A DNA stretch of 64,000 nt from Pyrodictiaceae archaeon (GCA_027036135.1 JALVSY010000007.1:356880-420879); one strand, 5' to 3'; positions 10,507-21,199 are shown, counted from the stretch's first letter. Numbers and translations are program-made. The notes: generated from the letters alone by a model not told the origin.

Positions 10507-11256
10507 GGCCCCTACATGGACCAGTGGCTCAGAACCCTGGATACCGAGAACTCAAAAAGAATAGCCTCCAAGATAGCTTGTTTAGGCATAGCTTTCCACG
10601 CACTATCATACTATGAGGAGGACTGCGGCCATAACGCAGAGGTAAAAATAGACTTGGAGGAGGACTCCATCACCATACTAGATTTCCAAGAATGCTGCAA
10701 CGATAGCATAGAGGCGTTTAGGAGAAGTTTTGGAAAAATAATTGGCGCTCCTTATTATGATTGCCAAATAGGGTGTAGCTCTGACATAGCGTCGACGGGT
10801 GAGAAATATAGCTCGATTACTCAGCACATTACCAGACTCTTCCTATCCGCTTATAGAAGCGTATTAACCCAGTTAGCAATCACTGGTTACGAGTACTTCC
10901 TCATAGTTGGGTGGAACGGGGAAATAGCCTATGGGAGGGGAGGCGAAACCAGGATACACTTACCTCTCATACCTGGTGTCGCTATGGCTCATACCCATCC
11001 AAGCCCCTTCTGCTACCCATCAGGACATGACCTTAGGTCTTCAGCAGATTTCTTTTCAAGCGGAGGCCTTGTTGAGGTAATCGTCTCATCTAATTGTGCA
11101 GCTGTGATCAGATTAACTAGACCGCTTAGCGAGGATGATTATTGGAAACTAATAGAGCTTAGTGAGAAAGCGAAAAAGTCCAGAGACTATGAGAACTATC
11201 TTAGTGTTCTTAACGAGGTACCTAAGCTCTCCTCAATCGCATTCGAGGTATTTTAG
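10495..11256 (+). CDS. JAB/MPN+ (JAMM)-motif protein with an uncharacterised N-terminal domain
   Basis: E...HTHPSPFCYPSGHD matches HxH-x7-S-xx-D. Confidence 0.65.
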   Translation: MPSRGPYMDQWLRTLDTENSKRIASKIACLGIAFHALSYYEEDCGHNAEVKIDLEEDSITILDFQECCNDSIEAFRRSFGKIIGAPYYDCQIGCSSDIASTGEKYSSITQHITRLFLSAYRSVLTQLAITGYEYFLIVGWNGEIAYGRGGETRIHLPLIPGVAMAHTHPSPFCYPSGHDLRSSADFFSSGGLVEVIVSSNCAAVIRLTRPLSEDDYWKLIELSEKAKKSRDYENYLSVLNEVPKLSSIAFEVF

Positions 11257-11284
11257 GGACCTCATATTTCTCTAAATAATGGAT

Positions 11285-11351
11285 GTGCTGACGTGGACCG
11301 GAACTGAGGATACAAACTACTTAGTTATGATGAGGCTTCGGGCGCTGCTGA
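11285..11351 (+). ncRNA. Box C/D sRNA
   Basis: GTGCTGA-12nt-CTGA...ATGATGA-14nt-CTGA, intergenic. Confidence 0.7.
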
Positions 11352-11383
11352 GACCCCTCAATAATTCTTGTCTCGATAAAGTC

Positions 11384-12664
11384 CTAGGATAGGCTATTTA
11401 GGTACCTCATCACCCAGGGTAGTAGCTCCCATCCATGATCTAGTCTTGCCTTAGCCCTCTCATTGCAGACTACTTCGCTGAACTTGCCCAAGCTCTCCTT
11501 TATTGCCACGCTGCTTAGCATCCAGGGCACGGGGTCGCCGCTATGGCTCTTGAGGCTCCAAGGTGTCGCGTGATCCGATGTTACTAGTATTGCGATTTCC
11601 TCAAGCTCTATTCTCTTGAGAAGCGGCTGAACAAAGTACTCATCAATTAGTTCTATGGCTCTCTTTTTCCTCTCGAAATCACCGTCATGGCCTGGTTCAT
11701 CGGGTCCTTTTAAGTGGACATAAACAAAGTCGTTCTCCTTCAGCGCCTCCACGGTTCTTTCTAGGCGATCAGGCAAGTCTTTCTCGAGATTACCCGTGGG
11801 AGGGTTTACAGCATATATCTTCATTCCCGCTGCTCTAGCTATTCCAATCTCTACTGGCATCTCTGCTATAGCTGCCGCGGAGGCTACTCCAAGGACGCTC
11901 GTTATTGGAGGCATTCTCGGCATTTTATCTCCGGCATCGCGTAAGAGTATAGCATTTGCTTTTAGAAGGCCTCTCTTTTCTCTCTCCTTATTTATTTCGT
12001 GTTCTTCGAGTATCTGGATAGCTTTATCGATAAACTCGTCTACGAGCAAGCAGGTATTCCTCGCCTCCTGTGTATCGACTAGTGGTTCGCAACGTGGAAG
12101 CCTCATGTCAGGATTACGTATTGCTACTGATACCTTGCCTTTTCTTATATAAGCGGGGTCGATGTTCTGGACCTCGGCACTTAGCTTCCTAGTCTTACTC
12201 CCTATAATGACTACTGCTCGGTGCCCTATGGTTGCCCTTACTACTGCATAGCCGTCTAGACCGAGTCTCATACCATCGAGGCTCTTAGCTAGTTCATGGG
12301 CCTCTTGGCTTGTCAAGCTCCGACCGACTCGTCTATCTATTATGCGCCTAGTAACCGGGTCTATTGTGGCGAAGTTTGCCCTAAAGGCTACCTCGTGGCC
12401 CTCCTTAATGCTAAGACCTATGCCTAGTGCCTCTAGAGGACCACGCCCAGTGTAGTACTTTTCAGGATTATATCCAAGCAGGGATATGGTTGCAAGATCG
12501 CTCTCAGGAGCCACGCCCGGCTCTACTGGGTAATGGAACCCGCATACGGCGTGTTCGGCGAGAAGGTCTAGCCCCGGAGTATTAGCCTCACTTAGCGGCG
12601 TCTTACCATTAACTGGTTTATCGGCTGCTCCATCTAGTATGAGGAATAAGAGTTTTTGCCTCAA
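11384..12664 (-). CDS. apgM: 2,3-bisphosphoglycerate-independent phosphoglycerate mutase (archaeal)
   Basis: ILDGAAD, ESD, GRGPLEALG, HLKGPDEPGHDG and TSDHATP. Confidence 0.92.
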   Translation of the reverse strand: MRQKLLFLILDGAADKPVNGKTPLSEANTPGLDLLAEHAVCGFHYPVEPGVAPESDLATISLLGYNPEKYYTGRGPLEALGIGLSIKEGHEVAFRANFATIDPVTRRIIDRRVGRSLTSQEAHELAKSLDGMRLGLDGYAVVRATIGHRAVVIIGSKTRKLSAEVQNIDPAYIRKGKVSVAIRNPDMRLPRCEPLVDTQEARNTCLLVDEFIDKAIQILEEHEINKEREKRGLLKANAILLRDAGDKMPRMPPITSVLGVASAAAIAEMPVEIGIARAAGMKIYAVNPPTGNLEKDLPDRLERTVEALKENDFVYVHLKGPDEPGHDGDFERKKRAIELIDEYFVQPLLKRIELEEIAILVTSDHATPWSLKSHSGDPVPWMLSSVAIKESLGKFSEVVCNERAKARLDHGWELLPWVMRYLNSLS

Positions 12665-13383
12665 GAGCTACTCCCTTCTCCTTGCTCCTCTCTGCTCCTA
12701 TTTCCTTGTTTCTCTAAGAGGCTAAGGGCTTTCTCAAAAGCCATTGATACAGCATCCTCGTATACTAGAACCTCCCGTGATAACTCTCTTACATAATCTA
12801 GGAGGACCCTAAGTTTCTTCTCAGCTATTTTCCTCAACTCCTCGAAACACATGAGTCTAGGCAACTTAACAAGCTTATCCCATACATGAGCTAGTGTATC
12901 GGTAACCAAGCGGCCCCGCATTGACGAAGTCTCTATGAGGCGATAGACTCCGATAGCCCCAAGCGCGTCTAGTTTATCTGCATCGCTTAGGATGCATGCC
13001 TCTAGAGTGGATGGCTTCTTGCCCAGGCTAAAGCTATGCTCTAAAATCATATCCCTTATCTTAGTCGACTTGGCACCCCTAATGCCTATTTCCGATAGAA
13101 TGCCTTGAGCAAGTTCTGCACTGATTATAGCATGGTGCACGCCTAAGTAATCCTCAAGTCCTCTTCCTATATCATGTAGCAATGTAGCTAGTACTAATGA
13201 CTCCTCATCAATATCTGTTCTCCCTAGTCTCTCTAATAATGAATACACATTACATAAGACCCTTACTGTATGAGGAAGGCCATGCGACTCATCAATGCCT
13301 TGCAGCATTATTACATATAACAATATTTTCTCGCACCACCAATACTTATTACAGACGTATCGAAGCACCTCACTGCAGTTCAT
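12661..13383 (-). CDS. HD-domain phosphohydrolase
   Basis: SHGLPHTVRV, LLHDIG and DADKLDALGAIG. Confidence 0.88.
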   Translation of the reverse strand: MNCSEVLRYVCNKYWWCEKILLYVIMLQGIDESHGLPHTVRVLCNVYSLLERLGRTDIDEESLVLATLLHDIGRGLEDYLGVHHAIISAELAQGILSEIGIRGAKSTKIRDMILEHSFSLGKKPSTLEACILSDADKLDALGAIGVYRLIETSSMRGRLVTDTLAHVWDKLVKLPRLMCFEELRKIAEKKLRVLLDYVRELSREVLVYEDAVSMAFEKALSLLEKQGNRSREEQGEGSSS

Positions 13384-13395
13384 GCTATCTCCCCG

Positions 13396-13465
13396 GTGAA
13401 GAGTTCCGGCGGAACTGATACATCGAGGCCCTACGACCAAGGTGATGATCTCTTCGCTGTCCTGA
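13396..13465 (+). ncRNA. Box C/D sRNA
   Basis: GTGAAGA-12nt-CTGA...GTGATGA-13nt-CTGA. Confidence 0.7.
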
Positions 13466-13483
13466 GGGATTACTTGCTCTCTA

Positions 13484-14125
13484 TTAGACTATTACGCCTA
13501 TAAACGCGAAGAAAATTACGGCTGCTAAGCCTATTAGCGCTAATCTTAGTCCGCTGATTAGCTTATTCTCGCCACTTATATGGCCGAGATAGACTCCGAG
13601 CATAAATAACTCTGCAAGGATTATTGATGTAGAGATGTATACAAGGCTTCTAATAGATATATTTAATCCAACACTCTCTTTAATTATGAATGGGAGAATT
13701 GCTACTAGAGGTAACACTACTGCACCAAATCCGCTCCACATAGCGACATAGAGTGGCACTAGCCGTGCCGCCTTCTCATATATGCTTCCTCTTAGCGAAT
13801 GGAGCATAGCTTTTTCTGTTTCGTGTAACTCGCGTAAACGCTCCGCACGCTCAGACATATAGGTGGCGATAAACCCGCTAAATAATCCCATAGCAAAAGC
13901 TGCTCCAGCAACACCACCGATATAGTTTGTCGGATTAGATGCCCCGCTAATATAGCTGCCAAGTATAACACCTAGACTAGAGAGTAAGCCGTCAAAACTA
14001 TTCGTTACAAACATGCGCCTAGCAATGCTTTTTGCCTCAAGTATCCTAACATAAGTACCTATATTCCGCATATTCTTTAGGAAATCAACAATCTTTCCAA
14101 TAAAGGTTCTCAACTCTTCGTGCAT
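13484..14125 (-). CDS. VIT1/CCC1-family membrane protein
   Basis: RRMFVTNSFDG, MSERAE and several transmembrane helices. Confidence 0.8.
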   Translation of the reverse strand: MHEELRTFIGKIVDFLKNMRNIGTYVRILEAKSIARRMFVTNSFDGLLSSLGVILGSYISGASNPTNYIGGVAGAAFAMGLFSGFIATYMSERAERLRELHETEKAMLHSLRGSIYEKAARLVPLYVAMWSGFGAVVLPLVAILPFIIKESVGLNISIRSLVYISTSIILAELFMLGVYLGHISGENKLISGLRLALIGLAAVIFFAFIGVIV

Positions 14126-14216
14126 CCTCCAGGCAATCCCTTAGGAGAAGCCACGGAGGGCCCCTAGGAGGTTTTGAAGTTAGAGCACGGCAAGGGGTAT
14201 CGGTTAAAAATAGTGT

Positions 14217-14456
14217 TTAGGTTTCCTCCTTAACTGGTACTGCTACCTTAACATACTCCTCTTTCTCGATTATTATCTTGCCAGCGCCGTCACGCTTTAC
14301 TACTATTGTTAGGTCGTTTTCTCTATAGCCGCAGCGCGGGCATCTATAATAATAACGAATCCTCTTTGCACCATTCTCGCCGAATTCTATTTCCACTCTG
14401 TACTCCATCTTTGTACCACAGCGAGGACAGACTACTTCGCCGTTTACCCTCGGCAT
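14217..14456 (-). CDS. Small Zn-ribbon protein
   Basis: CPRCG...CPRCG. Confidence 0.75.
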   Translation of the reverse strand: MPRVNGEVVCPRCGTKMEYRVEIEFGENGAKRIRYYYRCPRCGYRENDLTIVVKRDGAGKIIIEKEEYVKVAVPVKEET

Positions 14457-14666
14457 CTTAAGGTCACCTACTTATCGAGGCCCAGGGCTGTGTCGCTGCT
14501 GACCCCGCTTGACTACCTCTAGTACCATGTTTAGATTCGTAGAAGCTACTGCTTAATATGGTAATGCTCTTATCCCGGTTCCAGTGTTAATGAAACTTGT
14601 AGCGTAAGAGCTGGGTATTATAGATATAGGTGCGTGTGGATAGGTATGTAATCCGGTGGCAATACG

Positions 14667-15752
14667 CTGCTCTTCGACCGCTATGGTCGCCCATTAACGA
14701 ATTTAAGGATAATGGTGACTGGGCGCTGTAACTTCTCTTGTATATTTTGTCATATGGAGGGCTATAAAGAATCTAGAGTAATGAAGGAGGAGCTAAGTCT
14801 TGAAGAAATAAGATTAATAAAAGAAGCTGCACGGCGCCTCGATATATCCGCGTTTAAGATTACTGGTGGCGAACCAACACTGAGAGATGATTTAGTAGAC
14901 ATTGTACGTATTCTTAAAGAGGATAACTCATATGTATCAATTACTACTAATGCATCACTGATTCATAATCATTTACCTGGACTAGTTGATGCGGGAATAA
15001 ACCATGTGAATGTAAGCCTTCACGCCCTCAACGAAGCGTCATTCCAGAGGATAACAGGATCCAAGATGCTTAGGAGAGTTCTTAGTAACTTAAGGCTGCT
15101 TAGAGACTATAACGTGCCGGTGAAGATTAATTTTGTTATACTGCGAGGACTGAATGAAGAAGATATTCCAAAAATAATCGACCTCGCGGCCGAGCTCAAT
15201 GCTATGGTGCAGTTTATAGAGCTTCACCCTGTTGGAAAAGCTGTGAAGACGTTCAAGGAGCACTACTTGCCTCGCTGGCGCGTATTAGAGCTTCTTGAGG
15301 ATCGTATAGTCTCTATAGATTATCGCCTTGGATTGCATAATAGGCCTATCATCGTGCTCGACAACGGCGTAAAGGTTGAACTCGTAGGGCCAGTAGGCAA
15401 CTTCTTATTCTGCGCGGGCTGTACACGTATTAGGGTAACCTATGACTTTAAGCTATTACCTTGCCTTAACTGGGAGGGCCCCCCTATAGAGATTAGACCC
15501 CGGCTTAATAAGGCAGCAAGCTTCAACGAGAAAGTATCAGTGATTATCGAGGCCATCAAAGAGGCTAATAAGCTACGTAGACCTTTTGTCATGTATCCTC
15601 TTGGCGCAAAGATACCTGTCCCTAGAGGGAAATGGAGGACTATGAGACTTGGCCTACCTAAAAGTGATGGCAGGCTAGTCTATACAAGTAAGGATGCTAA
15701 GAAGCATTTAAAACTCTATCTCAGCGAGTGGGGGAAGTATGCTTTGTTCTAG
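14667..15752 (+). CDS. moaA: GTP 3',8-cyclase MoaA (probable CTG start)
   Basis: LFDRYGRP, CNFSCIFCHMEG, KITGGEP and FCAGCTRIRVTYDFKLLPCL. Confidence 0.9.
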   Translation: MLFDRYGRPLTNLRIMVTGRCNFSCIFCHMEGYKESRVMKEELSLEEIRLIKEAARRLDISAFKITGGEPTLRDDLVDIVRILKEDNSYVSITTNASLIHNHLPGLVDAGINHVNVSLHALNEASFQRITGSKMLRRVLSNLRLLRDYNVPVKINFVILRGLNEEDIPKIIDLAAELNAMVQFIELHPVGKAVKTFKEHYLPRWRVLELLEDRIVSIDYRLGLHNRPIIVLDNGVKVELVGPVGNFLFCAGCTRIRVTYDFKLLPCLNWEGPPIEIRPRLNKAASFNEKVSVIIEAIKEANKLRRPFVMYPLGAKIPVPRGKWRTMRLGLPKSDGRLVYTSKDAKKHLKLYLSEWGKYALF

Positions 15753-15758
15753 AAACAA

Positions 15759-16688
15759 TTATAGCAGTTGTAAGACCTTCTCAAGTATGATTAGGAGGAA
15801 GAATGTTCCTAGGTGCATATTAACGTACTTGAACGCCTTAGACGAGAACTCCTTATCACCTCTCTTATCAATGTATTTGACTGCTAGATAGAATATATGG
15901 CTAGCAGCTAGTAGGCCGTAGGCTGCTGTAATCACTGATATCGTGCCACTAAGCCATAGGCTCAGCGAGACATAACCCATTACAAGGGCGCCTAGCCCTA
16001 TACCAGTACCTATGCTCGCTGGATCAGCTACTACGGGAAGCATGGGCACGTTTGCCCGCCTATAATCATCCTTGTAATATGATGCCAGGAACCATATGTG
16101 GCTTGGCACCCACGCTGCAACTAGCAACGAGAAGAGGAGCCCTGGTGTAGATATTGCCCCACACCCTGCTGCCCATCCTCCTAGTGCTGGCGCTCCACCA
16201 GCTACTGCGCCAGCTATGATGCTTAGTGGCGTTCTACGCTTCAGCAGCAACGTGTAGGCGCCTATGTCGAACACGAAACCTATTATTATTGCTAATGCGA
16301 AGTAAATGTTTATATAAACTATAGACACTATAACCGAAAATGCAAACACTGCCAGCGAGGCATAGAATACTACTGATGGGCTTACGAGCCCGCTGGGTAG
16401 CGCTCTCCCACTAGTCCTCGGCATTAATGCATCGATATCCCTATCAAAGTACATATTAAGAGCCGTAGTTGAGCCTACAGCTAGGTATCCGAGAAGCCAT
16501 AGCAATAAATGATACTGTACTGGTCTATGTAGGCCTCCTGCTGCAATAAATGCAGTATACATTGATAAGAGGAGAAGCATTGTTTGCTTGAACTTGGTTA
16601 AATCGCTGACGACATGTACTATCTCGCTTAGCTCGCCTAAGGCGCCGTACCTAGTGCTCTTCCTATACTGGTCCTCCTTCTCGCTCAC
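15759..16688 (-). CDS. cyoE: Protoheme IX farnesyltransferase (heme O synthase family)
   Basis: NMYFDRDIDALMPRTSGRALPSG, YTLLLKRRT, WVPSHIW and DYRRANVPMLPV. Confidence 0.9.
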   Translation of the reverse strand: MSEKEDQYRKSTRYGALGELSEIVHVVSDLTKFKQTMLLLLSMYTAFIAAGGLHRPVQYHLLLWLLGYLAVGSTTALNMYFDRDIDALMPRTSGRALPSGLVSPSVVFYASLAVFAFSVIVSIVYINIYFALAIIIGFVFDIGAYTLLLKRRTPLSIIAGAVAGGAPALGGWAAGCGAISTPGLLFSLLVAAWVPSHIWFLASYYKDDYRRANVPMLPVVADPASIGTGIGLGALVMGYVSLSLWLSGTISVITAAYGLLAASHIFYLAVKYIDKRGDKEFSSKAFKYVNMHLGTFFLLIILEKVLQLL

Positions 16689-16790
16689 GAGAGAACCCCG
16701 CTAACTGAAACTTTTAGGAGAAACTCTTATTTAAGCGAAACTAAGGAGTTTTTAACACCCGTTGTTTAACACTCATGTGGAGCCAGCACT

Positions 16791-17132
16791 ATGCCTTGCG
16801 AGAAAAGTCTCCATGCCACAATTAGGATATCGGCTCATAGCCTAGAGGATCTATATGCTTGTATACGACTATTAGCCGAGAAACTGTGCTCAGAAATGGA
16901 GTGCCTATACCCTGACACACTTTCTTGGATAATTGCTGGCGACGAGAATTGCTTAGTAAAGGTAATGACTCCTCAACCATTACATCCAGTATCGGGCTCT
17001 AACCTATTACCAGCCATAGTTGCCTCATCTATTGAAATAACTTGTAGCACACCAAGGGAGCTTATAAGTAAAGGCAAGGCTATATTTAATACCATCAAGG
17101 GCTGTAGGGGGGTAGGAACAACACTCTCATAG
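16791..17132 (+). CDS. Hypothetical Cys-rich protein
   Basis: ORF with upstream TATA-like element. Confidence 0.55.
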   Translation: MPCEKSLHATIRISAHSLEDLYACIRLLAEKLCSEMECLYPDTLSWIIAGDENCLVKVMTPQPLHPVSGSNLLPAIVASSIEITCSTPRELISKGKAIFNTIKGCRGVGTTLS

Positions 17133-17142
17133 CAGAGCCGCG

Positions 17143-17199
17143 GCGATGATGTAGATAAGCGGTCACGGATAATACTGTGAAGACACTCCCATGGACTGA
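17143..17199 (+). ncRNA. Box C/D sRNA; D guide antisense to 16S rRNA 5' region (CCAUGGGAGU)
   Basis: GCGATGA...CGGA...GTGAAGA-cactcccatgga-CTGA. Confidence 0.6.
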
Positions 17200-17281
17200 G
17201 CCAGGAGAGTTACTTGTACTCTATGACACATTTCTTAATAATGAACGTCGCTTCTCTAACATATACACGAGGGAGGTAATC

Positions 17282-18226
17282 ATGCCTGGGCCGCTTAAGG
17301 GTAGAGACCTCTTATCTATAAGAGACTTGTCGCGCGAAGAGCTAGAGCTAGTCCTCGATACCGCAAGGATAATGAAGACGAGATTCTATTCCGGAGAACG
17401 CGTCATCCCCGTCCTTAAGGGCAAGTCGGTAGCACTCATCTTCGAGAAACCCAGTACAAGGACTAGGGTCAGTATGGAGCTGGCAGTTGTCCAGCTAGGA
17501 GGATATCCTCTTTACCTTAGAAGGGATGAGCTTCAGCTTGCACGAGGCGAACCAATAAAGGATACTGCTCGTGTACTATCCCGCTACGTCGACGCTATAG
17601 CGGCAAGAGTGTATAAGCACGAGAGCCTTGAGGAGCTGGCTGCATATGCCTCAGTGCCGGTAATAAACATGCTAAGTGACCTCGAGCACCCATTACAAGC
17701 CATAGCGGATGTATTGACTATTCGTGAGAAAAAGGGAGGCATAAAAGGTGTAAAAGTGGTATATGTGGGTGATGCGAGAAACAATGTTGCTCATAGCCTT
17801 ATGCTAGCTGTCGCTAAGCTAGGAGGCCACATGGTACTGGCCTCGCCACGCCAGCTACGTCCACGCGAGGACCTATTACAAGCAGCCCTTGAAGCCACCA
17901 AGGAGAGCGGAGGAACAGTGGAGGTCACCGAGGATCCGCGCGAGGCTGTAAAGGGTGCTGATGTGGTTTATACTGATGTGTGGGTAAGCATGGGCGAGGA
18001 GGCACAGGCAGAAGAGAAGAGGAGGCTCCTACAAGGCTACCAAGTGAATGCCGAGCTAATGTCACTAGCAGCTAATAATGCCATATTCATGCACTGTTTA
18101 CCAGCCCATAGAGGAGAGGAGGTCACCGATGACGTGATAGAAGGGCCTTGGAGCGTAGTCTGGGACCAGGCCGAGAACAGGCTGCATGCACAAAAAGCTG
18201 TACTAGCACTAATACTGGGCGATTAG
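17282..18226 (+). CDS. argF: Ornithine carbamoyltransferase
   Basis: [18 protein letters not shown] and HCLPA; SD gggagg before ATG 17282. Confidence 0.96.
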   Translation: MPGPLKGRDLLSIRDLSREELELVLDTARIMKTRFYSGERVIPVLKGKSVALIFEKPSTRTRVSMELAVVQLGGYPLYLRRDELQLARGEPIKDTARVLSRYVDAIAARVYKHESLEELAAYASVPVINMLSDLEHPLQAIADVLTIREKKGGIKGVKVVYVGDARNNVAHSLMLAVAKLGGHMVLASPRQLRPREDLLQAALEATKESGGTVEVTEDPREAVKGADVVYTDVWVSMGEEAQAEEKRRLLQGYQVNAELMSLAANNAIFMHCLPAHRGEEVTDDVIEGPWSVVWDQAENRLHAQKAVLALILGD

Positions 18227-18576
18227 CCCCGTATCCTTTTTACCTCGATAGAGTTTTCCTTGGCATAGTTCTTGGCTTCGTCATCTAGTCTTGGCCCGTT
18301 GCCGTAGAGCACAAGGACTGGCTTTGCTGATAGGCTCTCAGCTTTCTTCTTCAAAGACTCTAGGTCTGCTTTACCCAGGACTTTCTTACCATTAACAACA
18401 TCTATGGCGAACTTCTCCTTGCCCTTTATAGCAACAAATGAGACTGTGCCATGCTTTGTCGCGACATGCATCCTTACATGGAACCCTGCCTCAACATAGT
18501 GTCCAGCAATCTTTCCCTCCACCCCATATTTCTGCTCAAGCTTCCTCTGCTGGAACACTATCTCGGCTAGCGTCAC
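18223..18576 (-). CDS. Small restriction-endonuclease-like fold protein (degenerate PD-(D/E)XK)
   Basis: E...GF.V...G.V.FVA.KG..KFAIDV pattern. Confidence 0.45.
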   Translation of the reverse strand: MTLAEIVFQQRKLEQKYGVEGKIAGHYVEAGFHVRMHVATKHGTVSFVAIKGKEKFAIDVVNGKKVLGKADLESLKKKAESLSAKPVLVLYGNGPRLDDEAKNYAKENSIEVKRIRG

Positions 18577-18668
18577 GGCTACGTTTCACCCCGTGACATT
18601 CCCGGGCAGAGAGGCTAGCCCTTTTATTCTTCAAGCTTTCGGTAGCCTGAGAAGGGGATAAGGAGGCC

Positions 18669-18911
18669 TTGGATCCGGTTTTCGCCCTAGGTATCACAGG
18701 GATGCTCTTCATCGTTGCTGGCTGGGCTATATCGATAACATCTCTTCCTCCGCTTAGGCTAAGCACATTGTATTTCGTTGGAAGCTTGTTACTAACCATA
18801 TATGCTATTCTCCAACGCGATCCCGTATTCACAGCTCTTAATGCAGCAGCAACCTTGCTTGCGCTTATAAATATTACTAGAACACTTAAACTTCGCAGAC
18901 AAACCGGGTAG
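18669..18911 (+). CDS. Small 3-TM membrane protein (PQ-loop/SemiSWEET-like topology)
   Basis: Three hydrophobic helices, YAIL..D.VF..LN. Confidence 0.6.
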   Translation: MDPVFALGITGMLFIVAGWAISITSLPPLRLSTLYFVGSLLLTIYAILQRDPVFTALNAAATLLALINITRTLKLRRQTG

Positions 18912-18931
18912 GCAAGGGAGCACCTACCAGG

Positions 18932-21199
18932 GTGACAGGTACCTTGGCTAGAAAGGGACGCGGAAAAGAGACCAATGTTATGTCGAAATTAATGGGGTTT
19001 GCACAGAGACATGGATTATGGGTCTCTATAGTCTTACTCATCGTTGCTTTATGGGCGGGATTCAGCATAAGGTATATCCCTTACAAGAACTACAACAAGA
19101 TAGTATCAAATGCCAAGGCTATGGGGCTAGGAGATGTCTCGGTAACCGCTAGGTTCGGCGCCATGGATCCATTAATAGAGTACTGGCTAGCTAAGTATCT
19201 CCACGACCACGGTCTCGGCTCGTGGAATACACTGCATCCACCTAACCCTGCAGTTATGAAGTTCTGGTACCCATGGGGCAGAGACTTTACTCATAGCGCG
19301 AAGCCCTTCATACCATTTATCGGCGCAAAGCCTCCACATGGACTAAGTGTTGCACAATGGGTTTCCCTGCTACCACCAATATTTGGCACACTAATGGTAC
19401 TAATGGTGTTCCTATACATGTACTCTACCTATGGTCGTACCGCGGCAGTAACTGCTGCCCTCTTAGCAGCTGTATTGCCATCATCCATTATAAGAACCTA
19501 TGCAGGCTTTGTAGAGAAGGTCGGCATAGCTATGCCCTTCCTAGTACTCACAGTGTGGCTATTCGTTGAGGCTATGAGGAGAAATAATTATGTGCTGGCA
19601 GCCGTAGCGGGGATTATTGGCGGCTTCATAGATTTCATATGGGGCGGCTACCTTCTAGGAGGACTAATCCTAGCAGCTGCTACCGCTTTAGCACCCTTAG
19701 CGACAAGCTCGGCGAAAGAGACTCGGACAAAATTCCTACTAGGGCTAGTAGCAACAATAGCCTATGGTATAACCCTATTAGCTGAAAACAACTATACACC
19801 AACACCAAAGAGATACATAGAGCTACCAATAGCCATAGTAATATTCTTCTTCGCTATATATGAGAGCCTCGAGAAAATCGTAACTAGGAGGCACGGATAT
19901 GCTACCGAGAAACGAGTTGTACTTAGCTATGTAGCCATCCTGGTAATCCTTGGTATCTCAGTATTCTTTGTAGCGCCTTACATTGGCATAGGCGGCAAAT
20001 ATTATTATGCTCTTCTCGGCCCACTCAGAGGAATAATTCATGCAAAGCTAGGAGTAATCGTATTCACTGTAGCCGAGAACAATCCTCCAAGCCCCAGGCT
20101 GTTACTTCATAGAATGAATGTAATACTATTTACAGCGCCCATAGCTGGGCTATATTTGTTGTACATTGCTATAAGGCGTAAAGAGCCCTGGCACCTTCCA
20201 CTAGTAGTATCGTCTCTTGGTTTCTACCATGCACTCTTAGGAATGGCTTATTTCGAGCAAGTTGCATCGGTATTCGGCATACTTGTATCAGCTGCAATGC
20301 TAGGGGTAATCATCAAAGATCTTGTATGGGAGGAAAAAACCGCTAAAAGAGGTAGAAGAAAGTATTCAGAGACCCACGAAATCCTCGCATTCTCAGCAAT
20401 CCTATTAGCAATAATACTCGTTGCAGGTATGGCTGCAGGAGCTCATGTTTCAATCAACATGGTAAAGAACATGGCACCGATACAGCTCGACATGCCTAAT
20501 ATGAATGCCCAGCAGTATGGATGGCTATACTTGCTCCATCTATTCCGGGATAGGACGCCAAACAATACCGTAGTAGTTGCTTGGTGGGACTACGGCTACT
20601 TGATAACAGTAGGCTCCGATAGAGCAACTGTAGCCGACGGCGCAACAATAAATAGTACACAGATAAAGCTACTCGCAAAATTCTTCACAACCACTAACGA
20701 GGACGAAGCATCAAATATACTGAGAGAATTACACTTGAAACCGAACAGAACACTGATATTGATACACGAGGCCGTACTCTACAATCCGGCCACCGGCGCC
20801 ATAATATATACCCCAAGCATAGGAGACATAGCTAAGTCAACAGCAATGCTACTAATAGCAGGTGTAATGAAGCGTGGAGAGGGACTAACACAGCAAGTCA
20901 TTAACCATTTCCTAAACTCAACAATATACCGTATGTTCGTCACCGCGCCATACTATATGAACAAGATCGGCATAGTATTCATCCCGTTCAAGGGCCCCAC
21001 TAGAGGCTTCAACGTTACCTCGGTATATGTTGCTGGAGTAAACAAGGTTGGCAAACCATACCACTTCAAGCATTTCAAACCATACCTAGTACTCATATCG
21101 CCCTTTGTTGATAGAAACGGTCACGTCCTAGTACAGAGGATAGGTAATGATACCTATCAGCTAGGCATAATATACGTCGTCTATAAGTGGACCGGCTAG
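18932..21199 (+). CDS. aglB: Oligosaccharyltransferase (STT3 family)
   Basis: Multi-TM N-terminus, TVAE, WWDYG, DGAT and DIAK motifs. Confidence 0.92.
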   Translation: MTGTLARKGRGKETNVMSKLMGFAQRHGLWVSIVLLIVALWAGFSIRYIPYKNYNKIVSNAKAMGLGDVSVTARFGAMDPLIEYWLAKYLHDHGLGSWNTLHPPNPAVMKFWYPWGRDFTHSAKPFIPFIGAKPPHGLSVAQWVSLLPPIFGTLMVLMVFLYMYSTYGRTAAVTAALLAAVLPSSIIRTYAGFVEKVGIAMPFLVLTVWLFVEAMRRNNYVLAAVAGIIGGFIDFIWGGYLLGGLILAAATALAPLATSSAKETRTKFLLGLVATIAYGITLLAENNYTPTPKRYIELPIAIVIFFFAIYESLEKIVTRRHGYATEKRVVLSYVAILVILGISVFFVAPYIGIGGKYYYALLGPLRGIIHAKLGVIVFTVAENNPPSPRLLLHRMNVILFTAPIAGLYLLYIAIRRKEPWHLPLVVSSLGFYHALLGMAYFEQVASVFGILVSAAMLGVIIKDLVWEEKTAKRGRRKYSETHEILAFSAILLAIILVAGMAAGAHVSINMVKNMAPIQLDMPNMNAQQYGWLYLLHLFRDRTPNNTVVVAWWDYGYLITVGSDRATVADGATINSTQIKLLAKFFTTTNEDEASNILRELHLKPNRTLILIHEAVLYNPATGAIIYTPSIGDIAKSTAMLLIAGVMKRGEGLTQQVINHFLNSTIYRMFVTAPYYMNKIGIVFIPFKGPTRGFNVTSVYVAGVNKVGKPYHFKHFKPYLVLISPFVDRNGHVLVQRIGNDTYQLGIIYVVYKWTG

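Noticed and set aside
17177-17281. 35-aa N-terminal extension of ArgF
   Set aside because: The GTG belongs to the sRNA C' box; a strong SD precedes ATG 17282.
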